A DNA stretch of 64,000 nucleotides from an uncultured Methanobrevibacter sp. (lineage in GTDB: Archaea > Methanobacteriota > Methanobacteria > Methanobacteriales > Methanobacteriaceae), in assembly GCA_946404245.1 (NCBI GenBank), contig CAMJCX010000001.1:23836-87835 (forward strand). Direction: 5' to 3'. Shown one piece after another: positions 9,682 to 20,575 of this stretch. Every line of letters begins with the position of its first letter. The first letter of the stretch is position 1. The notes beneath the pieces were generated by a model, which did not search any database, had not been told where the DNA came from, and was given only the letters and a program-made list of their open reading frames with translations. A program made the position numbers and the translations under genes.

Positions 9682-10843
9682 AGTAAAGGGTTGTTTCAAG
9701 TAATGTTTCATCACATTGAAGTTTTATAATATTTGTTCTTCCTTTTCCACGGCCACGTGAAATGGTATTTGTAGATATAATACCTAACAGTTCCAGTTCA
9801 TTGATGAAATCGAAAATTCTTCTGTAGGTAACTGCATCCTTTTTGGAAATTTCCTTGTATTCGTCATACAGTTTACCTGAGGATATCTCTTCACCCTGTT
9901 TGGTCAAGTTTAGAATTGCCTCTAAAACCCTTTGCTGTTGTGGCGGTAAAGTGGAAATAATTTCAATTACTTTATTGTGTTCAATGGTATCCTTAGCTTT
10001 TCTTACGTGTTCGCTTGTAACTTTTTCTGAATCCTCATCAAAAGCCAATTCACCTGCATTTTTAAGTAAATCCAAAGCATATCTAGCGTCACCCTCTTCT
10101 TTTGCAGCCATAGCGGAACACAATGGTATAACATCGCTTTCCAAAACACCTTCCCTGAATGACAATTCTGCCCTTTCCTTTAAAATGTCAGCCAGCTGAT
10201 CAGCTCCGTAAGGTGGGAAAACAATTTCCTTATCATTCAGACTGCTGGTAACCCTTGACTTGATTAAATTCTTAAAGTCCAAATAGTTACTGATGGACAA
10301 TACGGAAACATTATCAGTTCTTGTTAATGTGTATAATATTCCATCGCCGTCCTTGTCAAGCAAAATATCGATTTCGTCCAAAATAACAATCAAATGCAAT
10401 TTTCTTCCAAATGCATTTGTTTTGAATATGTCCCTGAATGTGTTTACAACTTCCCCCTTGGTCCATCCACGGTTTGGAACGTCACGGCCAAGCTTATTAC
10501 ATAGCTGTGCAATAACCTGGTATTCTGTAGTGTAATCAGTGCATCTGATGTATTCAACCTTTACAAAAACATTTTTCTTATGAGCTATCTCAAGTAGCTG
10601 TTCACGTGCAAATTTAGATGCTGCTGTTTTTCCAGTTCCTGTTTTCCCGTATAATGTAACATTGGATGGAGTTACGTTGTTTAAAACATCAACCCAGTAC
10701 TTAGCTATTTGTCTTATCTGTTCATCTCTGTGTACTAACTTTTCAGGTAAAAATCTGTGATCTAGTGGCGCTTTATCCTTAAAGATACTTTTCGAAACTA
10801 AATCTCCCCAATCATCTTCTAAATCTTCAAAAACATTAGACAT
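9674..10843 (-). CDS. cdc6: Orc1/Cdc6 replication initiator
   Basis: Walker A GKTGTGKT, Walker [18 protein letters not shown]-terminal winged helix with SRGRGKGRT. Confidence 0.95.
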   Translation of the reverse strand: MSNVFEDLEDDWGDLVSKSIFKDKAPLDHRFLPEKLVHRDEQIRQIAKYWVDVLNNVTPSNVTLYGKTGTGKTAASKFAREQLLEIAHKKNVFVKVEYIRCTDYTTEYQVIAQLCNKLGRDVPNRGWTKGEVVNTFRDIFKTNAFGRKLHLIVILDEIDILLDKDGDGILYTLTRTDNVSVLSISNYLDFKNLIKSRVTSSLNDKEIVFPPYGADQLADILKERAELSFREGVLESDVIPLCSAMAAKEEGDARYALDLLKNAGELAFDEDSEKVTSEHVRKAKDTIEHNKVIEIISTLPPQQQRVLEAILNLTKQGEEISSGKLYDEYKEISKKDAVTYRRIFDFINELELLGIISTNTISRGRGKGRTNIIKLQCDETLLETTLYSI

Positions 10844-10859
10844 TAATACCACCACATAA

Positions 10860-11470
10860 AATTATGAAAAAAATAATGAGTATAATTTCCAGTGTTAATA
10901 ATATTATAATGCTAATAAATAAAGTTTTTTATTACAATATTGCAGATAGTTAATAAAAATGGGAAAAATTCGAAAAATTAAATGATTATAAATTGTTTAA
11001 AATAATATTTACTATTTAATATTCATTGAAATTTAAAAATAATTGTTAATTGAATTTAAAAATTAATTCCATCAAATTAAATTGATTTAAAAATAAAACA
11101 TGAAATACTACTATTTCAAATATAAGATAACAATTTCAAGTGTAAAAATAAAAGATAAACAATGAAAATACTGTCTCAGATGGGTTTTTTAAAACAATTT
11201 CTGAAAAAATTATCATGATTTGTAATCAAGACAGAGAGGTGTGTTGCAAGTGTAAGTGATTTCATGTACCCGGCAATTTTGAAGACATGCATTGCAAGTG
11301 TAAAAAATATGTGAAATTGACACAACTCTGAAAAATTATCATGTCAAAAAAATATTACATCATGAACGAAAAAAATAGGGAGATGAATTTCAAATGTTAC
11401 ACTTGAAATATACCCCTTCAATCTTAATATACCTTCGTTTATGTTATACTTGAAATGCACCTCTCCCTCT
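10860..11470. other. Probable chromosomal replication origin (oriC) with mini-ORB repeats and an AT-rich unwinding region
   Basis: TTACACTTGAAA-like motifs at 10886, 11114, 11134, 11244, 11292, 11397 and 11444 in both orientations; very AT-rich 10900-11110; immediately upstream of cdc6. Confidence 0.8.
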
Positions 11471-11944
11471 TTAGATGAACATGTCATTTTCATTTGAAGG
11501 TTGTGGAAGAGATCCGAATTTTTTATCAATTAACCAGATGCAGTGTAATTTGGCTTTGAAAACTCTTTTCAAAGTTCGATATAACATATCTTTAGTTAAA
11601 GCATCCTCAAAAATTTGTTCAGTGACAACAAACTGGCGTAAGATGTCCTGATTTACCTGAAGTTCAAAATCAACTAAAAACTGATTTAAACCAAAATTCA
11701 AATCCAAAATAAATTCCTTTTTAGTTTTAATATCTGCAGATTCCATTAAGTTAATATGTTGTGGAGCTACCTGGGTAGCACATGCAAGGATAATGGAATC
11801 TTTGCCTTTAGGCTTAACAATATCCATTATGTTTTCTTTTGGAAACTCAACGATAAAATGAAAATCAGCATTTTCATCATATTTCATTTCTCTTAAAATA
11901 TCTTCGTCAAGTAACCATTTCTCAACTTGTTCTTCGATATTCAT
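11471..11944 (-). CDS. DUF2299-family protein
   Basis: 157-aa acidic protein with WLLDE and ADFHFIVEFP, typical of this archaeal family. Confidence 0.6.
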   Translation of the reverse strand: MNIEEQVEKWLLDEDILREMKYDENADFHFIVEFPKENIMDIVKPKGKDSIILACATQVAPQHINLMESADIKTKKEFILDLNFGLNQFLVDFELQVNQDILRQFVVTEQIFEDALTKDMLYRTLKRVFKAKLHCIWLIDKKFGSLPQPSNENDMFI

Positions 11945-12006
11945 AATATCATCATTTAAATTTTAATAATAAATTATTTATTTTTTTATTTATATATAAA
12001 TAAAGT

Positions 12007-12984
12007 ATGATTGAATTATTTTATTTTATTGCAATATCATTGCTGTTTTCACTTGCAATTGATGTTCTATTCAGTGAACTTCCCACAAGAGTACATCCTG
12101 TTGTGATAATGGGTTCGATCATCACATTTTTCAAAAATATGTTCATAAAAATAAAAAACAGGCTTTCAGGTTTACTGCTGGTTGTATCTGCGGTGCTGTC
12201 AGTCAGTATAATATTATATATTATATATATTATTATTTCAATAAATGATTTATTATTATTTATTTTATTTATTATTCTATTATCATCAACATTTTCTGTA
12301 AATATGCTGTTAAAAACAGCTGTTGATGTTAAAAACGATTTGGATGAAAGCATTGACAAGGCAAGGCAATCTGTTTCATATCTTGTAAGCAGAAGCACTG
12401 ATGAGCTGACAGAAAGTTTCATAGTCTCAGCTGTCATTGAAAGTTTGACTGAAAACATAACTGACTCTTACGTTGCACCTGTATTGTATTATGCTTTGTT
12501 TGGAATAATATTAATGATATTCCCTATGAATCATGAATTGTATTATTTACTTTTGGTTCCAATGCTGTACAGGCTGTTCAATACACTTGATGCAATGGTG
12601 GGGTATGAAACTGAAGAATTGGCAGACATTGGCTTTTGCGCTGCCAAGATCGATGATATTTTAAATTATGTTCCGTCAAGGATTGCCGGAATTTATGTTG
12701 TCATTTCAGCTTATCTTTTAAAGTTGGACGGTAAAAACAGTTATATGATTATGAGAAGGGATGCTAGAAAATGTCCAAGCCCAAACTCAGGATACACAAT
12801 GGCAACAACAGCGGGTGCGCTCAATATTCAATTGATTAAGAAAGGCACATATGTTTTGGGAGATCCAAACAAGGAAATTGACAAGGAAGACATTACCAAG
12901 GCTGTTAATTTGTCAAAATTGAGCATAGGATTGTTTAGTTTAACAATATTTATAGTATTAATAATGGTTCATGTGATATTATGA
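12007..12984 (+). CDS. cbiB: Adenosylcobinamide-phosphate synthase CbiB/CobD
   Basis: HPVV.MG, LVSR, IESLTENITD, NTLDAMVGY, DDILNYVPSR, SPNSG. Confidence 0.92.
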   Translation: MIELFYFIAISLLFSLAIDVLFSELPTRVHPVVIMGSIITFFKNMFIKIKNRLSGLLLVVSAVLSVSIILYIIYIIISINDLLLFILFIILLSSTFSVNMLLKTAVDVKNDLDESIDKARQSVSYLVSRSTDELTESFIVSAVIESLTENITDSYVAPVLYYALFGIILMIFPMNHELYYLLLVPMLYRLFNTLDAMVGYETEELADIGFCAAKIDDILNYVPSRIAGIYVVISAYLLKLDGKNSYMIMRRDARKCPSPNSGYTMATTAGALNIQLIKKGTYVLGDPNKEIDKEDITKAVNLSKLSIGLFSLTIFIVLIMVHVIL

Positions 12985-13988
12985 AAATAGCAATTGTTTC
13001 TGTTTCAGAGAAGGGAAGAAATTTAGCGTTACAATTAAAAGAGAAATTAGACCTGGATTCAACAATCATAAAGGTTGATTTATTTCATAAGAATGTTAAA
13101 AAATATTTAAAGATTGCCTTTTATGAATATGATGCCGTCATTGCTGTCATGGCATCCGGAATATTGATAAGGTCAATAGCGCCATATGTTGAATCAAAAG
13201 CTACAGATCCTGCAGTGCTAAACATTGACGATAACGGTAATTTTGTTATTTCAACATTGTCAGGTCATTTGGGAGGAGCAAACAAACTGACAAATAAAAT
13301 CGCTCCATTGATAGGCGCCATACCTGTAATTACCACATCCAGTGATGTCAATAATAAATTGGGGATTGATGTTCTGGCAAGTGATTTGTATCTTTCTATT
13401 GACAACACCAAGGAAATTTTATTTTTCAACAAGGCCATCCTCGAAGGCCGTAAAATCACATTCACATTAAATTCTGATAAAATTTATCTGAAGGATTATC
13501 TGGAAAATAATACACTTGAAATGGATGTTTCATTCTCTTATTCAAATGATGCAAACGAAGAGGAAATCATAGCCAGTCTTGATGGCCATGAAATAGTTTT
13601 AAGGCAAAGAAAACTGGTAGTTGGAATTGGATGTAAACGTGGAAAGTCATCATCTGAAATATATGAAGGATATAAAAAATCTTTAGAAGAATTAAATCTT
13701 GACGAATCAAGAGTGAACATGTTGGCATCTGCTGAAGTTAAAAAGGATGAAGAAGGTCTTTTGGAACTTGCTAAATCCCTGAATAAGCCTATTAATTTTG
13801 TGGATCTAGACAGATTGAAATTATTCGAATCAAAAGACATTCAAAAGTCAGAGTTCGTTAAATCAAAATTCGGAATTTATGGCGTTTGTGAACCTTCTGC
13901 CCTGATAACAGCAGGATTTGATTCAAAATTAATATATAAAAAGACTTCGTATAATGGTGTTACAATATCAATGGCGATTTCTGAATAA
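12981..13988 (+). CDS. cbiG: Cobalt-precorrin-5A hydrolase CbiG
   Basis: MASGILIR, DPAV, LSGHLGGAN, PVITT, VGIGCKRG, GVCEPSAL. Confidence 0.92.
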   Translation: MKIAIVSVSEKGRNLALQLKEKLDLDSTIIKVDLFHKNVKKYLKIAFYEYDAVIAVMASGILIRSIAPYVESKATDPAVLNIDDNGNFVISTLSGHLGGANKLTNKIAPLIGAIPVITTSSDVNNKLGIDVLASDLYLSIDNTKEILFFNKAILEGRKITFTLNSDKIYLKDYLENNTLEMDVSFSYSNDANEEEIIASLDGHEIVLRQRKLVVGIGCKRGKSSSEIYEGYKKSLEELNLDESRVNMLASAEVKKDEEGLLELAKSLNKPINFVDLDRLKLFESKDIQKSEFVKSKFGIYGVCEPSALITAGFDSKLIYKKTSYNGVTISMAISE

Positions 13989-14009
13989 ATAAAATAAAAA
14001 AAAGTGAAA

Positions 14010-14258
14010 TTAGATAGATTCTAATTTAGAGAGAACTTCCCAAATTAAAGTTCTTGCGTGTACTGGTATGTTAGGATCGTTACTGATTTCATCTAATTTT
14101 CCTAAAACAGTACTAATTCTTACAGATTGGTCCTGTTCTTCATCTTTTAATAAATCATTGGATTCACTTGCAGCTTCTCTAATGTTACGAGGTACAGTGT
14201 TGTTATCCATGATATATTCGAGTATTTCACATACTTCATCTATAGTTTGATTGCTCAT
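14010..14258 (-). CDS. UPF0147 family protein
   Basis: DNNTVPRNIR...LDEISNDPNIPVHARTLIW; SD GGAGG upstream. Confidence 0.88.
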   Translation of the reverse strand: MSNQTIDEVCEILEYIMDNNTVPRNIREAASESNDLLKDEEQDQSVRISTVLGKLDEISNDPNIPVHARTLIWEVLSKLESI

Positions 14259-14403
14259 AAAATCTCCCTCCAAAAATAAATTAAAAACAAGTCAAAATAT
14301 TATTAATATGTATATTTGTTCGCAATGTCTTTAAATATTTTGTGGTATATTAGACTTTTTTTTAGTAGAAAAATATATATTAAATTAAATTGAATTATTA
14401 TAC

Positions 14404-14571
14404 ATGTCAGATATAAGCAAAACAACAATAAATTTACCTAAAGACTTAAAAAAAGAATTAAAAAAAATAGCAATTGATGAAGAAACTTCATTATCAGGTT
14501 TAATCATTACAATGATTGAAGAAGGAATGTCCAGAAGAAATAAAAATGATGTACTTTCAGATGAAGATTAG
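14404..14571 (+). CDS. Small ribbon-helix-helix (CopG-like) DNA-binding protein, not in the ORF track
   Basis: 55 aa MSDISKTTINLPKDLKKELKKIAIDEETSLSGLIITMIEEGMSRRNKNDVLSDED; alternating beta strand TTINL followed by two helices with S-L-S at the turn. Confidence 0.78.
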   Translation: MSDISKTTINLPKDLKKELKKIAIDEETSLSGLIITMIEEGMSRRNKNDVLSDED

Positions 14572-15155
14572 ATTATATCTTCAGCTGAATTCAACATATA
14601 TGTAATAAATTGAGTTTTTGCGCTTTCTTCAACGAAAACCGCAAGTGATTCTGCTTCTTTTAAATTTTCACTAACACAAATCACACCATGATTTTTCAAA
14701 ACCAGAACATCGCTGTCACCGATGCCTTCGCTGGCGCTTTTTGCGAGTTCAGCAGATCCGGGCTTTTCATATTCAATGTCAGGTAAATAAGGATTTTTTA
14801 TTTCTCCAAATCCTTCGAGTCTTTTGATTTTTTTGTTTGAAAATGCAAACCCTGTTGCATATGGGGAGTGTGTGTGAACTATTCCGTTAACGTCATCTCT
14901 TTTTTTATAGATTTCTAAATGCATATTAACTTCTGATGAAGGTTTACCGCTTGTTAATGTGTTTCCATCAAAATCAACTATTACTATGTCTTCAGGCTTT
15001 AAATTAGCCAAGGACTTTAAGGTTGGAGTGATTGCAACGATGTCTCCATTTGCAGTCTTAATTCTTTTGCTTATGTTTCCGGATTTTCCAGAAACCAGAT
15101 TTTTTTTGTAAATATTATTTCCTACATCAATTATTTCTTGAACATTTTTTTTCAT
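14568..15155 (-). CDS. fucA: Class II aldolase / L-fuculose-phosphate aldolase-like
   Basis: SGNIS, KPSSE..MH, VHTHSPYA, LKNHGV zinc ligands. Confidence 0.8.
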   Translation of the reverse strand: MKKNVQEIIDVGNNIYKKNLVSGKSGNISKRIKTANGDIVAITPTLKSLANLKPEDIVIVDFDGNTLTSGKPSSEVNMHLEIYKKRDDVNGIVHTHSPYATGFAFSNKKIKRLEGFGEIKNPYLPDIEYEKPGSAELAKSASEGIGDSDVLVLKNHGVICVSENLKEAESLAVFVEESAKTQFITYMLNSAEDII

Positions 15156-15164
15156 AAAATACCT

Positions 15165-16919
15165 CTATAAGAATTTAAAGTGCTTATATTTTCCTTTATG
15201 GATAACAGGAACTTCTGCAGGTGTCGGTTCAATATTGTGAATTTTTTGGAAACTGGTTTGTGTCTGAAAAGTACCTGAGTTAATCAAATGAATTCCATTG
15301 AATTTATTGTATGAGTTCACGTGAATGTGACCTGTGTGGAAAATGTCAGGCACCTCATCTATTACAAGATAATCTTCAAGTTCTGATGCGAGTGGAGTAC
15401 GTTCACCATAAATCGGCGCCAAGTGCCTTTTCTGCAACAGTTCCTCCATTAACAGATCACTTTTTTCATATGTGAATTCTTTAACGGCCATTACCAGATC
15501 GTCAAAACTGCGTCCGTGGTATATCAATACTTTAATGCCGTCAAGGGAAACCATACCTGGATTTGATATGAATTCAACATTGTCCAATTCATACAATGCT
15601 TTAGCATACTCTTCAGGAACTGCCGGCTGCGGTTCCGCAACCCTTGATGCATCGTGGTTTCCAGGTGCAATGATAATTTTGATGTCGCTTCTGATATTGC
15701 CTAAAAATCTTGCGGCTTCATTGTACTGCTGTGTGATATCCTTGATTGCCAGTTCCTTGTCCTGGTTAGGATATACTCCGATTCCGTCTACTATATCTCC
15801 ACCTATAATCAGGTATTTGACGTCTTCAGCAACTCTTCTCTGCTCTTCTGTACCATATTCGCAATTTATCCAATCTATAAATCTTGAAAAAGCGTCTTCA
15901 AGGAATGTCAGACTGCCTATGTGAACGTCAGACAGAAATACAATTCCGAAATCCATTTCCTTTTCGGGAACTCTTAAAACACCAGGTTTAATGATTTGCT
16001 GACCGAATGCAAATCCTCTGTCATTACTCTTGTTGGCAATGACACCTACAACCTCGTCCTTAACGAGCTTTTCGGCTTCAGCGAATAAGTCATCATTGTT
16101 GTGTGAGAATAAAATTGAAATGTTTCCTGTATCGTCTTCAAATTCAACGATTTTGTGTCCGTTTTTACTTGATCTGATTTCGCGAACCATCAAAATCAGG
16201 CTCATGCTTTCCTGAGAATCATCAATGTCGGCAATTTTTGTGTAACCTCTAAGTTCAGGCCTTTTTGAGAGAATGCCTTCAAGTTTTTCATACCTGTTTC
16301 TGAAGTAAGCTATCAGGTTTTCAAGCTCACCGCTTGTGTATGATTTTTTACTCATGTCCATTAGGATTTTAAAATCATACTGCGCATTAATCTTCTGTTC
16401 ATTTCTTTTGAACTTGATTTTTTCATCTTTAACAGTTTCGGAAGCTTCCACAATTGCCTGGTTTACGTATTTTTCAGGTTCATCATCTTCCTTTTTAAAG
16501 CTGTCCATTGAAACAGCTTTTTTCTCAGGTTGTGGTGTTTGTTTTTCAATTGTCTCTTGTGTTAAAGGTTTAGTCTCTGGTTTTTCAGGTGTTAACTTTT
16601 TTTGAGGTGTTTTTTGAGTTAAAGGTTTTGTTTCTGGTTTAATTTCGGTTTTAGTTTCACTCTTTGCAGCACTGACATCAGCTGTTAATGTTTTTTGGTT
16701 AGTGGAATCTGTTTTTTTGACATTTCCTGTAAGTTCGTCTACAGTTTCTCCGCTAACTGAAACTAGGTCCTTTGAGGAAAATTTATCACCTTTTAACTTA
16801 ACTATTAATGAAGATGCAAAATCTAGAGGATTTTCTGCATTAATAACTTTATTATATGCTTCAGGTGATAGGTTAATTCCCTTTTTTGCAAATTTTAATA
16901 GAATTTTATTAGTTGACAT
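15165..16919 (-). CDS. polB: DNA polymerase D small (DP1, proofreading) subunit
   Basis: OB fold plus calcineurin-like phosphoesterase motifs SDVHIGS, GDIVDG, PGNHD, YHG, GHIH, NSGTFQ. Confidence 0.93.
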   Translation of the reverse strand: MSTNKILLKFAKKGINLSPEAYNKVINAENPLDFASSLIVKLKGDKFSSKDLVSVSGETVDELTGNVKKTDSTNQKTLTADVSAAKSETKTEIKPETKPLTQKTPQKKLTPEKPETKPLTQETIEKQTPQPEKKAVSMDSFKKEDDEPEKYVNQAIVEASETVKDEKIKFKRNEQKINAQYDFKILMDMSKKSYTSGELENLIAYFRNRYEKLEGILSKRPELRGYTKIADIDDSQESMSLILMVREIRSSKNGHKIVEFEDDTGNISILFSHNNDDLFAEAEKLVKDEVVGVIANKSNDRGFAFGQQIIKPGVLRVPEKEMDFGIVFLSDVHIGSLTFLEDAFSRFIDWINCEYGTEEQRRVAEDVKYLIIGGDIVDGIGVYPNQDKELAIKDITQQYNEAARFLGNIRSDIKIIIAPGNHDASRVAEPQPAVPEEYAKALYELDNVEFISNPGMVSLDGIKVLIYHGRSFDDLVMAVKEFTYEKSDLLMEELLQKRHLAPIYGERTPLASELEDYLVIDEVPDIFHTGHIHVNSYNKFNGIHLINSGTFQTQTSFQKIHNIEPTPAEVPVIHKGKYKHFKFL

Positions 16920-17088
16920 ATTAATTAAATTTTTTATTTTCTATGTTAATAAACTTTGAGAATTTTTAATAGCAATAATGTTTTTTAAATGTTATTTGAT
17001 TTTATAGTTATATTTATTATATATTAGAAATAAAACTAACATTATTATAATAATTATTATTGAACAATAAAATGATGATTGTGATAAA

Positions 17089-17586
17089 ATGGCGAATAAG
17101 GTAGTTAGAATTGTTTTAATTATTGTATTATTTGTTGTATTTTTTGAATTGGGGCTTTTCGGTTCATACACTATCGTTACTTCCGAAACACCTAATATTC
17201 AAGGATTAATAGATATGCAAGTTTCTAAGATATCTGGCATCTTCAGTCCTGAAAATGTTAATGAGGTTTTGGTAAAAGATCCAACTCCGGTATCAATCTC
17301 CAATAAAAAGGATATTGCTCTACGGATGGAAGAGCTGTCAAAGGTTGACGGTGTTGATTACGACTCAATTAACGTATCCACATATGAAGATACAGATAAT
17401 GAAAAATTTAATGTAACTATTGAATCTTTAGGTTATGAATCACCTAATTCCACTTCAGGTCAAATTGTAATCAGTCAGGTCCCTTCATATAAGATTATAG
17501 CGAACGGTGTAGCTTCTTATAAGGGAACTGGATTAAATGTTGACAGAAATTCAGTTACTATAAATTCAGTTTTAAAATTATACTAA
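17089..17586 (+). CDS. Hypothetical membrane-anchored protein
   Basis: N-terminal hydrophobic helix then a soluble domain; SD upstream. Confidence 0.65.
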   Translation: MANKVVRIVLIIVLFVVFFELGLFGSYTIVTSETPNIQGLIDMQVSKISGIFSPENVNEVLVKDPTPVSISNKKDIALRMEELSKVDGVDYDSINVSTYEDTDNEKFNVTIESLGYESPNSTSGQIVISQVPSYKIIANGVASYKGTGLNVDRNSVTINSVLKLY

Positions 17587-17595
17587 GATGATAAT

Positions 17596-18669
17596 ATGAT
17601 TAATGTAATTGGTATTGGTCAAAACAGAGAAAACATGACTTTAGGGGCTATTAAAGCTATTGAAGAGTCAGATGTAATTATAGGATACAAGAAGTACATC
17701 GAACAGATTGAAGATTTGATAGCCGATAAGGAAGTTGTCAAAAAAGGTATGGGCGATGAAATTGCTCGTGCGGAATTTGCTATTCAAAGAAGCTTAGAAG
17801 GCCAAACTGTTTCATTAATCAGTTCCGGAGACCCTGGTGTCTTTGGAATGGCGAATGTACTGTATCAGATAGTAAGCAAATATGAAGATGTTGAAATTAA
17901 AGAATATCCCGGTGTATCTGCGCTTAACTACGCATCCAGTCATTTGGGAGCTCCTTTGAATGATTTTGCAGCAATCAGCCTAAGCAATATTTTAACACCC
18001 TTGTCTGAAATAGAAAAGAAATTGAGATATGCGCTTGAAGCTGATTTGATTGTAGCTATTTATAATCCGATAAGCAAAACCAGAAAGGAACCTTTTAGAA
18101 GATTTATAAAATCCGTAATTGACATAAGAGGTGAAGATGCCCTTATTGGAATTATTGATAGTACATATGAGCCTCCTAAAGCCACTGTTGTAAAAGTTAA
18201 GGATTTGACAGAAGACATTGTTAACATGTCCTGCACACTGATTGTCGGAAATGATTTGACATATGTTCAGGACGGAAAGCTTGTGACACCAAGAGGATAT
18301 GTAATAAGATCTCAAATTCATCCGTTATCACAAAATCATTATGAAAAATTCTTGAATGGCGAAGTTGCCCACGGCCCTAACCGTGAATGTGAATTCTATC
18401 CATGTCACTATGACGGCCAATACTGCGATTTCTGCTATTGTCCATTTTATCCATGTGGAGACTCTTCAACCGGTGGAGAATGGATTAAGGGTAAAAACGT
18501 TTGGAACTGCAAGGAATGTCATTGGTTACATAGCAAGGAAGCAGTCGAATGTTTAAGAGAGCCTTTAGAGAATATATTAGAAGAAGTTGAAGACTTAAAA
18601 AGAAAGAAAAAAACTTTATTGAAGCTTAGAAGAGCTTGTTTATTAAAAAATAATCCAAATGATCTTTAG
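17596..18669 (+). CDS. cbiH: Precorrin-3B C17-methyltransferase with C-terminal Cys-rich domain
   Basis: VIGIG, SSGDPGVFGMA, ISLS..LTP, IYNP, TPRGY; C-terminal CEFYPCH..CDFCYCPFYPC...WNCKECHW. Confidence 0.9.
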   Translation: MINVIGIGQNRENMTLGAIKAIEESDVIIGYKKYIEQIEDLIADKEVVKKGMGDEIARAEFAIQRSLEGQTVSLISSGDPGVFGMANVLYQIVSKYEDVEIKEYPGVSALNYASSHLGAPLNDFAAISLSNILTPLSEIEKKLRYALEADLIVAIYNPISKTRKEPFRRFIKSVIDIRGEDALIGIIDSTYEPPKATVVKVKDLTEDIVNMSCTLIVGNDLTYVQDGKLVTPRGYVIRSQIHPLSQNHYEKFLNGEVAHGPNRECEFYPCHYDGQYCDFCYCPFYPCGDSSTGGEWIKGKNVWNCKECHWLHSKEAVECLREPLENILEEVEDLKRKKKTLLKLRRACLLKNNPNDL

Positions 18670-18679
18670 GTGTATTTAA

Positions 18680-19279
18680 TTGTCAATCAAAAATTTATTA
18701 ATTGAAATGAAGAATATGTCGGAACTTATGGTTGACTTGGCATATTCTGCAGTATTATTCAACAGTAAAGCAGCAGCTGAAGAAGTAATTACATTGGAAA
18801 ATGAAGTTAATGCAATGAATTATGAAATTAAAAAAGAATCATTAGTTGCCGCAAGGTCTTATGAAGATGCAGAAAGATTAACTGCACTTTTAGAAATTGC
18901 AGAAGCCGCAGAAAGTATGGCAAACGCTGCAAAAGATTTAGCTGATTTAGTAATTAAAGGTATAAAACCTCATCCAGTATTTAAAATGGTAATGGAAGAA
19001 TCCGATAAAAGTATTGTAAGGGTTGTTGTGGATGAAAATTCAGATTTGGCCAACAATACTTTAGGAGATTTGCTTTTAGTTAACCGTACCGGAATGAGAG
19101 TTATTTCTATCAGAAGAGGTTCATCCTGGATTTATGGACCTGATAAAAATACTACACTTTTGCCTGATGATACCTTGATTTTAAAAGGAACAGATGAAGG
19201 TGCAGACTTACTTGAAAAATTAGCTGCTGGAGCTTGTTCCTTAGAAGACATTCCAGAAGAATTAGAAGATGAAGATTAG
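18680..19279 (+). CDS. PhoU-like / TrkA-C (RCK-C) domain protein
   Basis: [17 protein letters not shown]-terminal helical bundle plus [15 protein letters not shown] domain; TTG start with SD. Confidence 0.8.
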   Translation: MSIKNLLIEMKNMSELMVDLAYSAVLFNSKAAAEEVITLENEVNAMNYEIKKESLVAARSYEDAERLTALLEIAEAAESMANAAKDLADLVIKGIKPHPVFKMVMEESDKSIVRVVVDENSDLANNTLGDLLLVNRTGMRVISIRRGSSWIYGPDKNTTLLPDDTLILKGTDEGADLLEKLAAGACSLEDIPEELEDED

Positions 19280-19294
19280 GTTGTGAAAAAATGA

Positions 19295-20575
19295 TTGTGG
19301 GTAGTGATATGTGTGAAAGACAAACAGAAGAAGATTCGCAGTTCACTATCTACTCAAGCGTTCTCTGACTTTTACGCTGAACACGACTATATAATAAAAG
19401 AAGGATTAATAGCCCTTTTAATTTGCGCCGTTGGAGATTTGGTTGCAGGTGTTATTCTGGGCAAGATGACATTTTTCCTCGAAGCGTTTCCGGGACTTTT
19501 AGTAGTTATTCCTGGAGCTATAGGAATGAGAGGAAACATTTTCGGATCATTTGCCTCAAGGTTATCCACCAACTTACACATTGGTCTGATATCTCCACGC
19601 TTTGAATTTTCAGAAGATTTAAACTACAATATCTATTCATCATTTGTCTTAACTCTAGTTTTATCCATATTTTTGGGTATTGTAGGAAAGCTGTTCTGTG
19701 TTCTCTTGCATTATCCGTCAATGCCATTGATTGATTTCATATTGATATGTACAATTGCAGGCATAATTTCCAACTTGATTATGCTTCCGATTACAATGTT
19801 TGTTTCATTCAAAAGCTTTGAGCATGGTTGGGACCCGGATAACATTACCAGTCCGATTATTGCGGCCTTTGGAGATTTATTCACATTGCCTGCTATTATA
19901 GCATCAATATTTATTTTAAGTGCTATAAGTTTTAATTACATAGTAAAAGACATTGTCCTGGCGGTAATTTTAATTGCAGTTATAGTAGGTTTCATATACT
20001 GCTACCGCTTGTCCTATGAGACCAAGACAATCTTAAAGCAGTCAACTCCGGTATTGCTTTTATGCTCCTTTTTAGGAGGTTCTGCAGGCGGAATTTTAAA
20101 CAGTTCAGTTGAAACATTGCTTACAAATCCAAGTCTGTTAACATTGATTCCACTATTTTCAGGAGAATGCGGAAGCTTAATCAGTATTTTGGGAGCAAGA
20201 CTATCTTCAGGGCTTCACTCTGGTTTAGTTGAACCGTTATCAAGACCTGAAGGCGAAGCGCTTCATAATTTTGGAATCTCTTACATTTTAGCTATTGTAA
20301 TTTTCCCGTTCATTGGAATACTTGCAGAGTTGTCATCAATAATGTTTGGAACTGTTGGTGTCGGATTTGACAAAATCATTCCTATCAGTACACTTTCCGG
20401 GCTCATTCTGGTTACAATAATGGTGATATTGGTATATTACATTTCAACACTTTCATATAACAACAATCTGGACCCTGACAATATTGTAATTCCAATTTCA
20501 ACAAGCATTACAGATTCAATTTCAAGCCTGATATTGATTTCAATTTCACTGCTTATTTTAGGTATGCTAATCTAA
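19295..20575 (+). CDS. MgtE/SLC41-type divalent cation transporter (two membrane repeats)
   Basis: GMRGNI..S.ASRLST and DPDN motifs present twice; exact start uncertain. Confidence 0.85.
   Translation: MWVVICVKDKQKKIRSSLSTQAFSDFYAEHDYIIKEGLIALLICAVGDLVAGVILGKMTFFLEAFPGLLVVIPGAIGMRGNIFGSFASRLSTNLHIGLISPRFEFSEDLNYNIYSSFVLTLVLSIFLGIVGKLFCVLLHYPSMPLIDFILICTIAGIISNLIMLPITMFVSFKSFEHGWDPDNITSPIIAAFGDLFTLPAIIASIFILSAISFNYIVKDIVLAVILIAVIVGFIYCYRLSYETKTILKQSTPVLLLCSFLGGSAGGILNSSVETLLTNPSLLTLIPLFSGECGSLISILGARLSSGLHSGLVEPLSRPEGEALHNFGISYILAIVIFPFIGILAELSSIMFGTVGVGFDKIIPISTLSGLILVTIMVILVYYISTLSYNNNLDPDNIVIPISTSITDSISSLILISISLLILGMLI

Noticed and set aside
10880-11460. Repeats considered as a CRISPR array
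   Set aside because: Motifs are about 12 bp, irregularly spaced and in both orientations, with no cas genes; they fit ORB boxes
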